Shown: positions 40,169 to 53,675 of the stretch, piece after piece | How positions within the stretch are numbered: position 1 is the first letter of the stretch | Layout: every line of letters starts with the position of its first letter | Assembly (NCBI GenBank): GCA_951406725.2 | Contig: OX597820.1 | Coordinates: forward strand, 113,150,001 to 113,214,000 | Reading direction: 5' to 3' | DNA from: Octopus vulgaris | Taxonomy: Eukaryota | DNA length: 64,000 nt | Translations under genes and position numbers: made by a program | Notes under the pieces: generated by a model | The model's database searches: none | Seen by the model: only the letters and a program-made list of their open reading frames with translations | What the model was told of the DNA's origin: nothing

Positions 40169-40742
40169 TGTTTAGTGCAGTAAGGATTCGAACCTCGACC
40201 GCATGATATTCGGTTAGGGATCACAATTAAGCTCCACGTGAATGATCTCTAATCGACTCAGTTCCACGTGACTGGTCTATGTATCGACTAATCGGCATGA
40301 AGCTGTGGCGTGATATGGTTCCTCGGTTGATCTAAAATTTACCCCTTTTTACCCTATAAAAATCCTTTGGCTCCTAAGCCAGCCAGACGGCATCGGTAAA
40401 GTGCTAAAACAAGTCGACCTTAGGCTTTCGTACAGACGCCTCGGGCATTCGTGCACACCACGTTGGACATTCGCAGAGAGCACACTACTAAGACCAGACC
40501 ACCTCAGGCACTTGGACAGACCACCACGAGCAAGAAACAATTTCAGAAACTCACACACGACATATCACATCTCGTCTTCCACAAGACAGCGCAGTTCTCT
40601 CCTCTCAGTTGCCGGTTTTATTCTCAGCATCTTTCTTTTGTAAACAGCCAACACAGTAACCATGTCCACAATAAAACTTTAGGTTCGTGAGTTGCTTTAT
40701 TTATCATACGCGCAACCAGCTACACCCCACCATTACAACACA
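40169..40742 (+). mobile_element. Possible solo LTR
   Basis: TG...CA ends with short IR (tgtttagtg/cattacaaca), TATAAAA ~40355, AATAAA ~40670, CpG-rich relative to flanks. TSD imperfect. Confidence 0.45.
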
Positions 40743-41766
40743 CCAACAAGCAACCACCACCGACATTGGTGAACAATCTCACTAGCGACTATACTGTTGT
40801 TTCTGTTCAGCTCCAGGTCAGCCGTGATCATCACATCTTCCCAGAAATAATGTATTTACTTGATCACTCAATATGACTCTCTTTGTTTTGAAGACAGTAG
40901 GGTGTAATTAGGGGATAGAATTAGATGCATAAAACGTGATTGTTTCTAACATGGGTAGGAGGCCACTAGTTTCGTAAAGGAGTGGAGTTTTCTGTTAAAT
41001 TACTTCCAGCATTTGATAGGCATTTCATCGAAATCGGATAATAAAAAGGAAAGGTAACAACGGTGATTCTTGAAATCAAAACCCAAAGGGCTGAAACAAA
41101 TACCGTTGGGCATTTTCCACTGGTTTAACGATAAGTTTCCGCCAATCCATAACAAAAATAATCTTTCTACTATAAATGCGATACTTGAATTTTTTTTAGA
41201 GCGGAGAGCTAGTCGATCACATCAACCCCAGGACTCGACTGGTACCCATTTCATCAATCCCGGAAGGATGAAAAAGCAAAGTCGACCTTGGCGGAACTTG
41301 AAATCGGAACGTAGAGACTGACGAAATGCCACTAAGCAATACCCGACTGGCAGAGGACAGCGAGTACCTGACATTCCGTGTAATATACTTATGCCCTATG
41401 TAGAATCAACAGTGGTTCGGGATCAGTCTTTTGTTGGCTTGACAAAAACAAAATTGGTATTTAATGATAATTTTCGGTGATGTAGCATGCCGAAATCAAA
41501 TCCAGATGTTGGCAACGTCTCACGACATGTTGATGATTTCAACACTAATTATGGCCAACTCTCAAGACATTTGGCTCAGAACTTTTTGGCGATCAGCCAA
41601 AATGTAACAGACTTACCAGTGCCAGGGCTTTGAATGTGCCAATGTGTTCTGTTGTTGTTTCTTTTTGACTTTAGTTTGGAAGTTAACGAACAAGAGTGAC
41701 CTAAGATCAAGGAAATTTCAGCCGTCACCATCCCATTAGTTTACATAACAGGTATTATACTGCCTT

Positions 41767-42100
41767 TGTGAAGGCGCATGGCTCAGTAGTTAGAGCCTCT
41801 GGCTCACAATCATGAGGTTATGAGTTCGATTCCTGGACCTGGCTGTGTTGTGTTTTTGGGCAAGACACTTTATTTCACGTTGCTCCAGTTCACTCAGCTG
41901 TAGAAATGAGTTGCGACATCACTGGTGCCAAGTTGTATCGACTTTTACCTTTCCCTTGGATAACATCGGTGACATGGAGAGGAGAGGCTGATATGGTGGG
42001 CGATTGCTGGCCTTCCGTAAACAACCTTACCCGGACTTGGGCCACGCAGGGCAACTTTCTAGGTGCAAATCTATGGTCATTCATGACCGAAGGGGTTCTT
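41767..42100 (+). mobile_element. tRNA-derived SINE
   Basis: ggcgcatggctcagtagttagagc (A box) ... gagttcgattcc (B box), then gggcaagacactttatttcacgttgctccagttcactcagctg. Confidence 0.8.
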
Positions 42101-42344
42101 TACACTTTAGCCTTCTATTATACTGCCCACTGTATCCGTTGGTTATTTGAGAGGGATTTGTGTGCTATTTTTACCAGGGTGAGCAGCCTTGTAGAGATAC
42201 CCTCGTAAATACATGGACGAAAGAATATTTGTAGTACCATATTATCGTAGTTGTGGTAGTAGAATTGTGTCGTTATTGTAGTATTACTGTGTTAGTATTA
42301 TAGCCCTGTAGTGGCCATAGTAATTAGTTATATTGCTCGTGAGC

Positions 42345-42410
<66 letters not shown>

Positions 42411-42789
42411 TTATTGGTGTAATGTTGTGGTGATAATGGTGATTAGATTTATTGTTACAGTGTTGTTGTGGCGATTATAAAGGACCTTTGTGGAATTGGT
42501 GTTATTGACACATCGTGATTGTTGTTGTCATAGATACTGGCTGCTGCCATTTAGCTCTACGCTGCCATAAACAAGCAGAAATGAGATCAAGTAGGTTCCA
42601 GCTATGTCCATTTCGTCAGCTTTTTCTGGCATATTATATGTATCTATCTAACGCATTTGTTTTGAGGAAACAGAAGATTACTCTGTTATTTCTCGCAGAT
42701 CGAGCGACCACCTTCACATTTCATGATTGTTGTTGGTGGTTGAGATGTTTGTTATTCACTGGTTCACTTGCACGCACATTCGCTCGCAT

Positions 42790-43178
42790 GTGTGGAAGCA
42801 CTCCGTCGGTTACGACGATGAGGGTTCCGGTTGATCCGAATCAACGGAACAGCCTGCTCGTGAAATTAACGTGTAAGTGGCTGAGCACTCCACAGACACG
42901 TGCACCCTTAACGTAGTTCTCGGGGATATTCAGCGTGACACAGAGAGTGACAAGGCCGGCCCCTTGAAATACAGGTACAACAGAAACAGGAAGTAAGAGT
43001 GAGAGAAAGTTGTGGTGAAAGAGTACAGCAGGGATGACCACCATCCCCTGCCGGAGCCTCGTGGAGCTTTTAGGTGTTTTCGCTCAATAAACACTCACAA
43101 CGCCCGGTCTGGGAATCGAAACCGCGATCCTATGACCACGAGTCCGCTGCCCTAACCACTGGGCCATTGCGCCTCCAC
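42790..43178 (-). mobile_element. tRNA-derived SINE family C, full length
   Basis: Minus-strand head ggaggcgcaatggcccagtggttagggc...ggtttcgattccc. Flanked by direct repeat cgctcgcatgt (42781-42791, 43178-43188). Confidence 0.88.
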
Positions 43179-43189
43179 GCTCGCATGTA

Positions 43190-43680
43190 GACTCACTTGC
43201 ACAGAAGCTCATTCGCACGTCTACACACTAAACCCGCGCACACGCTCGCTCGCTTGCATGCGAGCATGTACGCGAGTGCTCACTCACACACATGCTCGCT
43301 CGCTCACACGTTCGTTCACTCGCACGCACGCTCACTCGTATGCACGCACACATGTTCTCACGCAAGTACGCACACTCGCAAGTACGCTCACTCACTGACT
43401 CACGCATGCAAGTACGTTCACTCGCACGCACACTCGCATGCACGCTCACTCATACACGCGCTCGATCACTCGCTCACTCGCACACACTCACGCACACTCG
43501 CATGCACGCTCACTCATACACGCGCTCGATCACTCGCTCACTCGCACACACGCACGCACACTCGCATGCACGCTCACTCATACACGCGCTCGATCACTCG
43601 CTCACTCGTGCACATGCACGCTCACTCACTCCCACGCATGCATACACGCTCACTTACGAACACGCACCACACTCATGCTC
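43190..43680. repeat. CpG-rich minisatellite (64-bp unit x3 at 43441/43505/43569) within a (CA/CG/CT) tract
   Basis: cacgctcactcatacacgcgctcgatcactcgctcactcg repeats every 64 bp. Confidence 0.85.
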
Positions 43681-43819
43681 ATTGTCACACACTTCAGTAT
43701 ATGAACAAAAGTTAAACTATAGACAAATATTCATTTCAGTGCTTATATTGATGGATGTGTGTGTGAGCGAAAGTATGTATGTGTATGTATGAGTGCATGA
43801 GTGTGTATGTGAGAAAGTT

Positions 43820-43856
<37 letters not shown>

Positions 43857-44084
43857 ATGTGTGTAGTTGTATGAGTGCCAGCATCTTGCACATAAAAATT
43901 TCATTAACTGGAATTTTACAGCTGTAAACACCAGATAATAACATGTGAGATGTTCATCTTTGAGAATAAGGTGTTTGTGGTGGCGACGGCGACAGAAGTT
44001 ACAACGACAAAGAAAGACCATTATTGAATGACATTGGTAGGGTTTACACACACACACACACACTCTTTCTCTCTTTTTCTCTTT

Positions 44085-44481
44085 TACTTGTTTCAGTCAT
44101 TTGACTGCGGCCATGCAGGAGCACCGCCTTTAATCGAGCAAGTCGACCCCGGGACTTATTCTTTTGTAAGCCCACTACTTATTCTATCGGTCGCTTTTGC
44201 CGAACCGCTAAGTAACGGGGACATAAACACACCAGCATCGGTTGTCAAGCAATGCTAGGGGGACAAACACAGACACACAAACACACACACGCATATATAT
44301 ATATATACACATATATACGACGGGCTTCTTTCAGTTTCCGTCTACCAAATCCACTCACGAGGCTTTGGTCGACACGAGGCTATAGTAGAAGACACTTGCC
44401 CAAGGTGCCACGCAGTGGGACTGAATCCGGAACCATGTGGTTGGTAAACAAGCTACTTACCACACAGCCACTCCTGCGCCT
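44085..44481 (-). mobile_element. SINE family B, full length
   Basis: Head ggcgcaggagtggctgtgtggtaag, B-box-like ggattcagtccc, internal (TA)/(TG) tract and tail gactgaaacaagtaaaag. Confidence 0.9.
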
Positions 44482-44608
44482 GCACACACAGAAATTACAT
44501 ATATACACATACACAAATGCATACATACTCATGCATGCAAACATGCACGTACTTGCCTAGAAACTATGTTTATGTATATATATATATATATATATATATA
44601 CATAATGT

Positions 44609-44962
44609 GTTATGTGTGTGCACATACATACATACATACATAATACATACATACATACATACATAATACATACATACATACATACATATAACACAGACAA
44701 AGGCATGCATTCACATGCACATAGATATTCATACAACTATAGCAGCCTGTTAGGTGGAGCATACCAGTAATTAAAAAGGGTATAGCTTTATTATACACTG
44801 CATCACCCTGATTCTACCTTAGAATTACGTTAAGGGTAAACTTATAAGGATAAACTGTATAATAAAGCTATACCCTTTTTAATTACTGGTATGCTCCACC
44901 TAACAGGCTGCTATAGTTGTATGAATATTTATGTGCATGTGAATGCATGCCTTTGTCTGTGT

Positions 44963-44994
<32 letters not shown>

Positions 44995-45057
44995 TGTATG
45001 TATGTATGTGTGTGTGTATGTATGTATGTATGTATGTATGTATGTATGTATGTATGT

Positions 45058-45098
<41 letters not shown>

Positions 45099-45110
45099 AA
45101 CACACATAAC
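44609..45110. repeat. Long inverted repeat (foldback), arms 44609-44798 and 44857-45110
   Basis: About 110 bp of unique sequence is nearly perfectly inverted, plus inverted (CATA)n/(TATG)n and outer flank. Spacer ~58 bp. Confidence 0.92.
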
Positions 45111-46995
45111 ACGCGAATTTACATCAAGAATCTTGCAAAACGAATACATAAACAGTCGATCTTTCTTTCAGTTGTTGCATGTTTCTCTTGATTCTCGATG
45201 CATGCATGGAGATATGATTACAAATAGGCATCATTTTATTATCACAAGTGTCAAGTAATTATAAAATGCAAATTTCGAAGCTAAATATGGCACAATCTTT
45301 TCGAAAATCAACTTCTCTGTGATGATAATTCTCTCTGTGGTCAAATGATAATTCGATAAAAACTCTTTATCATGAAACTATCTAAACCCCACTGGCTAGA
45401 CAATCTAGAGCAGACACAAGAAACTGTTGCAGGAAATAGAATGTATTAAGGTAATTGCAAACAATAGGAGAAAAAACAGAATAGAGGAACCATGAGATTC
45501 GAGGAAAATGTGTGAAGCAAGGAACACCAGAAGCAAGGAACAGAACAAAAATGCCAAAGGTTTGAGGAATTGGAAAATGAGCAGTGAATTGTAACCAACA
45601 AAGAGATGCACTTTAACAGTAACAATGCCTTTAAGTAGACCAAATAAAACATAATCAGCAAAGAATAACATGAGTCAACTCAAAGCGATGAGACAAGGGA
45701 GTATTTAATTACCATTCTTTTTAGTGGCTATGAATCTAATAAGAGGGGCTCCACTGATTTTATGCAAAGTCTTTGCAAAAATGTGTGATAAGGAGGCAGC
45801 TAAAATGCATTGCTCAATGCTGGAAAATGCTGGTGAATTCCATTTGAGGATGGTTACCAGAGCCCCAAGACACTTAAGACTGGTAACAGACACAATTCTA
45901 AATTCTGGCCAGTAACTGTGCATATCCAAGTGACATCGTTTGAAGTTAATATCATTCATTAAGAAAAGGTTGTGAGCTAGCAGAGTTGTTAGCACACTGG
46001 ACAAAAAATGCATAGTAGCATCTCTTCTCGCTTTCCATTCTGAGTTCAAATGCTACAGAAGTCAACTTTGCCTTTCATCTTTTTATCCTAAATAAAATAA
46101 ATACCAGTTGAATACTGGGGTGTGTGTAATCAAATTATTCCCTTCTCTAAAACTGCTGGCTTTGTGCCAAAACTTGAAGTTAATATCATTCATGAAAGTA
46201 AACTTTGCATTCTTTTTCACAGTCATAAGGACATAATTGATTCCTTGCTTTCTGTTTCTGCAGAAGAGCACCAATTTTTCCCCTACATTGTCAGCTGTTT
46301 GAACAAGTACATTGAATAAAGACGTAGGAACTATCAAGAGTTGAGATAAGATTAATTCTCAAACTGTACTCACAGATCTTCTATGCTGAAGAACCATGTA
46401 AACAGGTTTTAAAATTGCTCCTGAAACAACTCCCTTCAACTGTACTTCAAACTGATGACTGAAGCTGACAAACATTCCTGAGAGTATTAATGCTCTTGAA
46501 TGCAATGAAGTGGCTGGGATTCTTACTGAATAACAATAGGATACAAGAGAGAGAGAGAGACATTGTCACAACGTTTTAGCATTCAGATTAACCTGTCAAA
46601 CGTAACACTCATTTATTTACATTGTATGGAATTAATCATGCATGATCTCATAGCTTTGAAATTTTGATGATGTGATTGCTTAGTTTTAGAATGACACTGT
46701 AGGTAATGTGTGAGAGGCCAGATCAGGCTGGTTTGAATATGAAACAGGTAGAATATTTGATATAAACATGTCCAGTTTAAATGCTAAAGGGTTAAAGAAG
46801 GGGTATAATACACTTCAAATAATTAAGAAAATAGAGAGTATATGTTGTCCTTCAGTATCTCCTCTGATGCATCAATGAAAAAGACAGACACAACTTCAGT
46901 GTTTCTCAGGTGGGATAAAAGAAAGTAAGATCAGTAAAGGTTTTCTATGTATATCAATTCAGGATCTAACCAAAACAATTTTATATATATATATA

Positions 46996-47200
46996 TAGGG
47001 AGAGTTTACGAAAAAAAACAAAAGACGAAGACAGGTGGTGTACAAAACAAACAGATGTATAAGTATAAAGCTCAGGAATAGAAAAAGTCTTTAACGTTTT
47101 GAGCCTACACGCTTCTACAGAAAGGGACACAGAAAAAACAAGGAGAGAAACAAGGAGAGAAAACAAATGTGTGTAGTGGCTACCAATCTATCATGGCGAC
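46996..47200 (-). mobile_element. Solo PLE pseudo-LTR-like unit in (TA)n
   Basis: Highly similar to 33335-33543 with the same ends. Degenerate hammerhead at 47088-47124. Confidence 0.8.
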
Positions 47201-47300
47201 TATATATATATATATATATATATATACATAAAGATGAAATAATGAAGTCAAACTTGATAGTAATATTTGGAAATCAGTTAATACCTGCTTCAGGTCATGT

Positions 47301-47376
47301 TTTAACTGAGGAAGGTCTTACATAATGGATGCATTTCTTATTAAATATTACACAGACCTGAGACGTACGTATTAAA
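47301..47376 (+). ncRNA. Type I hammerhead-like motif (GAAA>GAGA) with inverted partial copy upstream
   Basis: tttaa CTGAGGA aggtct...agacct GAGA cgtacg TA ttaaa. 47241-47296 is the imperfect reverse complement of 47355-47412. Confidence 0.7.
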
Positions 47377-47565
47377 TGATTTCAAGATATCATTATTTGG
47401 TTTGACTTCATTTTTACAACTTATACAATGCCAATGAAAACTATCCAGACTAGACATCTATGATGTGGAGACTGTAACAACGATTTGGAGTAGTTTGTTA
47501 TATTTGACTTGAATTGAACATTCTGGTACTGTGCACTGTTTCTTAGCATAAGATGAGATATATTC

Positions 47566-47944
47566 TTTTTGTTTCAGTCATTTGACTGCGGCCATGCTGG
47601 AGCACCACCTTGAAGGATTTGAATCAGACAAATTGAACCCAGGACTTTTTTTTTTAAACCTAGTACTTATTCTATCATTCTCTTTTGACAAACTGCTAAG
47701 TTACGGGGAAGTAAACACACCAACAACAGTTGTCAAGTGGTGATGGGGGACAAATACAGACACACAGATACATATAGATATATATATACATATATACATG
47801 ACGGGCTTCTTTCAGTTTCCTCCTACCAAATTCACTCACAAGGCTTTGGTCGATCTGAGTCTATAGGTGCCATGCAGTGGGGCTGAACCCCCAAACCATT
47901 TAGGTGGGAAGCAAGCTACTTATCACACAGCCACACCTGTGCCT
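47566..47944 (-). mobile_element. SINE family B copy
   Basis: Same body as 44085-44481. Confidence 0.85.
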
Positions 47945-48324
47945 ATATTATATATATATATAACTTTTACAAGAAAACATTTGTCCTTGAAAATTTTAGC
48001 AAACATATAAGTATTCCACTAAAAAGTATTGAATAATCCTTTGATTTAGTTTCAAATTTCTGATAGATATAACTTGACATAGAAACATACGTACATTTAT
48101 GAATATGCTCACACATCTGATATTAAAGCTGCACCAACAATAACATTATCGATTATAGTAAACACAAGCAGCAGAATAAAACATTAAATAGATTAATCTT
48201 TCCACTATTTGTCTACTTGTTAAATTTTTACAAATTCTATAAAGAAACTACTATATAAACGGATGAATAAAAACAGCTGAATGTGTCCATATATATTCAT
48301 ACCAAACAGACACACATATACATC

Positions 48325-49562
48325 ACAGCATCATAGTTTTGAAATATCTTTAAAACCATCAAGAGCTTGTTTACTTTTATGTTTTTTGATTTATTATTAG
48401 TGATGCTTAATATATTTTGTTAAAATTGCTGTTTCTTTTCAGATATCATGAGAAAAAGATAATAAAAATTCATTAAAATGACAGATCTGTTGGACTTTCA
48501 AAGAGGTCAAATTGTTGGTGCCCGTATGGCAGGCACTAGCATAATGAAAACAGCCGAAATGTTTGGTGTATCAAGAAGTACTGTCTCAAAAGTAATGACA
48601 GCCTTTGGGAATGAGGGAAAAACCTCCTCGTCGAAACAAAACTCCGGAAGAAAACCAAAACTTTCAGATAGGGACTGTTGGACTCTTACATGAATTGTTA
48701 GAAAGGATCACAAAAGTACAGCTTCCAAAATTACTGCAGAGCTTAATGACCACCTCGAGAATCCAGTTTCCACAAAAACTGTTCGCCGGGAGCCGCACAA
48801 AGCCGGATATCATGGGAGGGCTGCAATCAGAAAACCACTACTTTCAAAATCAAATGTTGCAAAGCATTTCGATTGGAGTAAAAACCTACAGAATTAGTCC
48901 CTCAAGCAGTGGAAGAATGTTATTTTCTTGGACGAGTCATCCTTTACCTTATTTCTGACCACCAGCTGAGTATAAGTGTGGAGTCAGCCAAAAGAATCAT
49001 TTGACCCAGACTCTCTTCTTCAAGCTGTTAAACATGGTGGAGGATCTGTGATGATCTGGGTTGTGGTGGGGAGCTATATCTTGGAAATCACTGGCCCAAT
49101 GGTTTCCCTTCATGACAGAATTAATAGTCAAGACTATTTAAGCATTTTATCTGATCAAATTCATCATACGTTTGAGGGACTGTTTCCGGAGATAAATGCA
49201 ATCTTTCAGGATGATAATACACCAATTCACACAGCTAAAGTTGTTACTGAGTGGTGTGAGGAACATTCTAGTGAAGTTGAACACCTTATCTGGCCACCAC
49301 AGTCCCCAGATCTCAATATTATTGAACAATTATGGTGCATTTTAGAAAACAAGTAAAGAGTCAATATCCCCCACCATCATCACTACAAGAACTGGAGACT
49401 GTTTTAGCTGAAGAATGGATAAAAATTCCTTTGGAAATAATTCAAACGTCCATACCTCATAGAATTCAAGCTGTAATTACTGACAAAGGCAGTCCTACCC
49501 TGTATTAAAATAAATTTGTTTGAAATTTTAAGGTGTTTCCATTATTTAGTCCAGCCCCTCTA
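48325..49562 (+). mobile_element. Tc1-like DD36E (Incomer-type) transposon, degenerate; transposase ~48478-49507
   Basis: MTDLLDFQRGQIVGARMAG...GVSRSTVSKV...SGRKPKLS, VIFLDES, KHGGGSVMIW and FQDDN-x-WPPQSPDLNIIE (36 residues D to E). 3' TIR-like ggtgtttccattatttagtccagcccctctata. 5' TIR not found. Confidence 0.85.
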
Positions 49563-49919
49563 TATGTATGTGCGTTTGTGTGTGTACTGATATTATTTTA
49601 TAGCTTTATGCTTATCTGTATATGTGTTTTGATATTCAGTGTGACTTTGCCGCTTCTACACAAAAATAGAAGTTATTTAAAAGTATTCAAATATACAAAT
49701 CCCAATGCTTTAATGGTATTTTATTTTATCAACATTGAAAAGCAACATTAACTTCAGCAGGATTTCAACTCAGAATATAAAAAGGCAGTTTGCAATCCCC
49801 TTGTCTCGACATTTGTGTACTAACTGAAAATAAAGTGAACATACAATGTTATTTGCTTTACAATCTGTTGTAAAAACATGTCTGGCTATTGAGATAATTA
49901 TTGTTCAAAAGAAGGATTC

Positions 49920-50163
49920 GAAGAAATACCTATTTCTTTATTACCCTCAAGGGGCTAAACACAGAGGGGACAAACAAGGACAGACAAACGAATTAAGTCG
50001 ATTACATCAACCCCAGTGCGTAACTGGTACTTAATTTATCGACTCCGAAAGGGTGAAAGGCAAAGTCAACCTCGGTGGAATTTGAACTCAGAACATAATG
50101 GCAGACGAAATACCGCTAAGCTTTTCATCCAGCATGCTAACGTTTCTGCCAGCTCACCGCCTT
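49920..50163 (-). mobile_element. SINE family A, full length
   Basis: Minus strand ggcggtgagctggcagaaacgttagc...gagttcaaattcc...taaagaaataggtatttc. Confidence 0.85.
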
Positions 50164-50749
50164 CAATTGGAAGAAATATCAACAAGCTTGACAACAGGTG
50201 GGAGTTGGTGACATAAAAAGTTTGCCTCAATAAATTTTATTTGATTCATGCAATCATGGAAAATGTTAAAATGATGTTGATGATGGTCGTGATGAATGTA
50301 GGGGGGGGTGTTATTGAGAAGCTTCCTTCCCAACAATGTGGTTTTAGATCAAATCCCACAGCACAAATATTTTCGACTATAGACTTTGGTTGAGCAAAGC
50401 CTTGTGAGTAGATTTGGTAGACATATACTAAAAGTTGTGTGTGTGTATTGAGTGTGATTGTGCCTACCATTGTCTTGACATGATGTATATGTTGTTGGAG
50501 ACGGGTGTCATGCAAGCAATGATGTTTCTTTCTAGTCTTCTGTGGAAGAAATATGTCTGGCAACGGAGAAATATTACCTTGCATGGAAACAGGAGAGAGT
50601 TGGCAACAGGAAGAGCATCGAGCCATAGAAAATCTTTCTCAACACAGTCCATCTGACACATGTAAGAATGGGAAAGTGAATGATGATGATTGATGCTATT
50701 TATACAAACATACAGGAAATATGATAAGCAATGAGCAAGATAGACTTCA

Positions 50750-52740
50750 TTTTCACTAGGAAAATGGAATAGAGACAGGTGGTTGTAAATACTAAGTCTT
50801 ACCTTAGTAAAGAATGTACAAGCTAACATAGACTGTCGTCAACATCACAACCTGTTGAAAGCTACAGTTGAATTCTGTGACTGAAGCAAGAAAACAGTTC
50901 AACATCTTGGTGGAATACTACTGTAGAGTGAATAAAGGCTAAATGATAGGTAGGGAAAACTTGAAGAAAGGGGACAACAAAGTATTCTGTCTTGAGATTA
51001 AGGGAGAAGCTAGGGGGCAAGTGTAGACAATTGAAAGATATGTGGAATGCTGGAGGTTTGCCAGTGTTCTGTGATGAGAGAGTCAGAGGTGTGTGGTGTT
51101 CTGGACTACAAAGTAGAATGTCAGGTAAATCATAAGATTGCTGAAGAAAAGTGTACTTGAAGTGGCAGTGGTACACTTCTTACCCTTTCTGAGAAGAAAG
51201 AAGCTTGGAAATGTTACAAGAAGATGATGCTGACTGCATAAATACGTGAGAATAACAGAATAAACCCCATGAATACCCAACAGTGTGACTCTACATAACT
51301 GTGAACAGTTTTATAGTCAAATGGTCATAAAGGATAAGAGAGGGGAAGCAGTCGATCCTCTAGTTATGGTTGCTCACATAATCAGTGAAGTACTACAAGG
51401 AAATGTCATACTCAGTGGTTGATGTAACAATATAATTGTTTCCCTGCCACTGGGGCAAAGGATGTCCTTTACAAAGCAGAAGCATGAAACTAATGAACCA
51501 AGTTATGAGAGAAACAGAAAGAGTAATAGCATAATTAATTAGGAAGTAAATCAGCTTAGCTGAGATGCTGTCCAGATTTGTGCCAAAGTGTAGTGCTGTC
51601 GGTAGGGTTTGTTGTTTGCTGTTTTTCTTTCATTATGAGACAATTACAAGAAAAGTTTTTAGTTCACTATGTTGCATTTTTTCACCCGAAGAAAGCTTTT
51701 GACAGGGTGCCATAATCTGTAGGCTGAGGATATTTAAGAAAACTTGGTATAGTTGAATGGCTTGTGTTAATGGGGATTACAATCTACAGAGATGCAGCCA
51801 GTAAGATGAGAGTTGGCATTAAAAACAGCAAGGAATTTAGTGTGTAGTCAGTATTCTTGAAGGTCTGGTACTGAGTGCTTTCTATTTATTACAAGTCTCC
51901 AAGGAACATAAAGCCAATTGTTAATGGAAATTTAATCTCTTATATGCTGATGACTGACCTCGTCCTTGTAGCAGAATTTGTTGGAGACTCAAGGATAATC
52001 CAAATGTAGAAGCAAAACCTGGAACTAAGAAGCCTCAGAGTAAACTTGACAAAAAAAAAAGAAACAAACACCTTGATGGGAACATCATACAGCATGAACA
52101 ACAGGTGCATAAGAAATGTACTGGGATTACAGGTAGGCTGATAATAATCACTTTGTAAGTGACAGAGGCACAGGAGTAATTAGCAGTCAGAGTACTAGTA
52201 AAATAAATACTTTTTAATGTTTGAATGTCTCTAGAGAAGTAGTTGATAGCTTGTGTTACCTGGTTACTTAGGCAACCTAATTAGCTGTGGAGGAGGATTC
52301 TCTGAAAGTATAGCAACCAGAATATGAACTAGGGGAAAAAATTTCAAGGGGCTGTTATCCCTATTGACAAGGGGACTCTCTCTTTGTGTGAAGGGTAGAC
52401 TGTTTGTTACTTGTGTACAAACTGTAATGGTGCATGGCAGTGAGACATGGCACTGAGCCCAGAGAATATGCAAAGGTTGAGAGGAATAGAGCAAACCTTT
52501 CCCATTAGTTGTATAATGTTAGTTTCAAAATGATGCATGACCAATGAGTTGAAATATAAGCTGGGTCCAAGAGCTTTCAGATGAAGTAGAAGAAAAGAAA
52601 GAGACAACTCTATTGCTATGGACATAGGAATAGTGATAGATGGGTAAAAATATGCCAAGAGATCTGCTTGGAAAGGATTGGAAGCTGATCTCAAGATGTT
52701 GAACCTTAGAAAGGAGATTGCAAAGGAGTGCAACAAATAG
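50750..52740 (+). mobile_element. Old RTE-clade LINE remnant
   Basis: Decayed KKAFDRVP (~51690), LLYADD (~51940) and VKGRLFVTCVQTVMVHGSETW (~52390-52450). Confidence 0.72.
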
Positions 52741-53339
52741 TGAAACACAGAGAGGGAAAAAATGATGCTCATGATGATAATGAAGATTACACACACACAC
52801 ATATATATGTACACAGAGAGAGAGAGAGAGAGAGGGAGAGAGGGAAAACTGATATATAAACATTAAATACTAAATCCACATTAATTAAGAGCTCAGTTAA
52901 TAACAGGTCATTAAACTTTACTACATTACATTGCAGTAAGTCCGAATGAGAGCAATATGCATGTGTGTGTGTGTGTGTGTGTGTGTGTACACTACTGGAC
53001 AAAAGGAAAAATTATTTGCATGATCAATTTTTAAACTATTATTATAACTGTTTTATTACAGAAGTATATGAAAACAATTGCTTAAAAACATGGAGAAACA
53101 CTTCTACAAATTAAAACAGAATGACCTGTCTTTCAACTTTCTTCATGTTACCAGTCTTTGGATAGTTAATTATTTTTTCTTTATTCCATCTAGAAATATC
53201 AATTTTGTTCCACCCTGCTTCCCCCGTATATCAGTTTGGAAATTGTCTCCCAACAAATTTATGCCAAATACATCTCCAGACAGTCTCTGCATGGAATTCA
53301 AATTTAGCCCTTGACCTACTCAGAACATAATTTTCTTAT

Positions 53340-53675
53340 TTTTTATTTCTTTATTGCCTACAAGGGGCTAAACATAGAGGGGACAAACAAGGACAGACAA
53401 ACAAGGACAGACAAACGAATTAAGTCGATTACATCGACCCAGTGCATAACTGGTACTTGATTTATCGACCCCGAAAAGATGAAAGGCAAAGTCGACCTCG
53501 GAAGAATTTGAACTCAGAACGTGACAGCAGACGAAATACCTATTTCTTTACTACCCACAAGGGGATAAACACAGAGGGGACAAACAAGGACAGACAAACG
53601 AATTAAGTCGATTATATTGACCCCAGTGCGTAACTGGTACTTGATTTATCGACCCCAAAAGGATGAAAGGCAAAA
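53340..53675 (-). mobile_element. SINE family A, tandem dimer (5'-truncated)
   Basis: Two body copies joined at taaagaaataggtatttcgtctgc. Confidence 0.85.

Noticed and set aside
41770-41845. tRNA gene candidates (also 43100-43178, 63538-63605)
   Set aside because: These are tRNA-derived SINE heads continuing into SINE bodies, without a complete cloverleaf.
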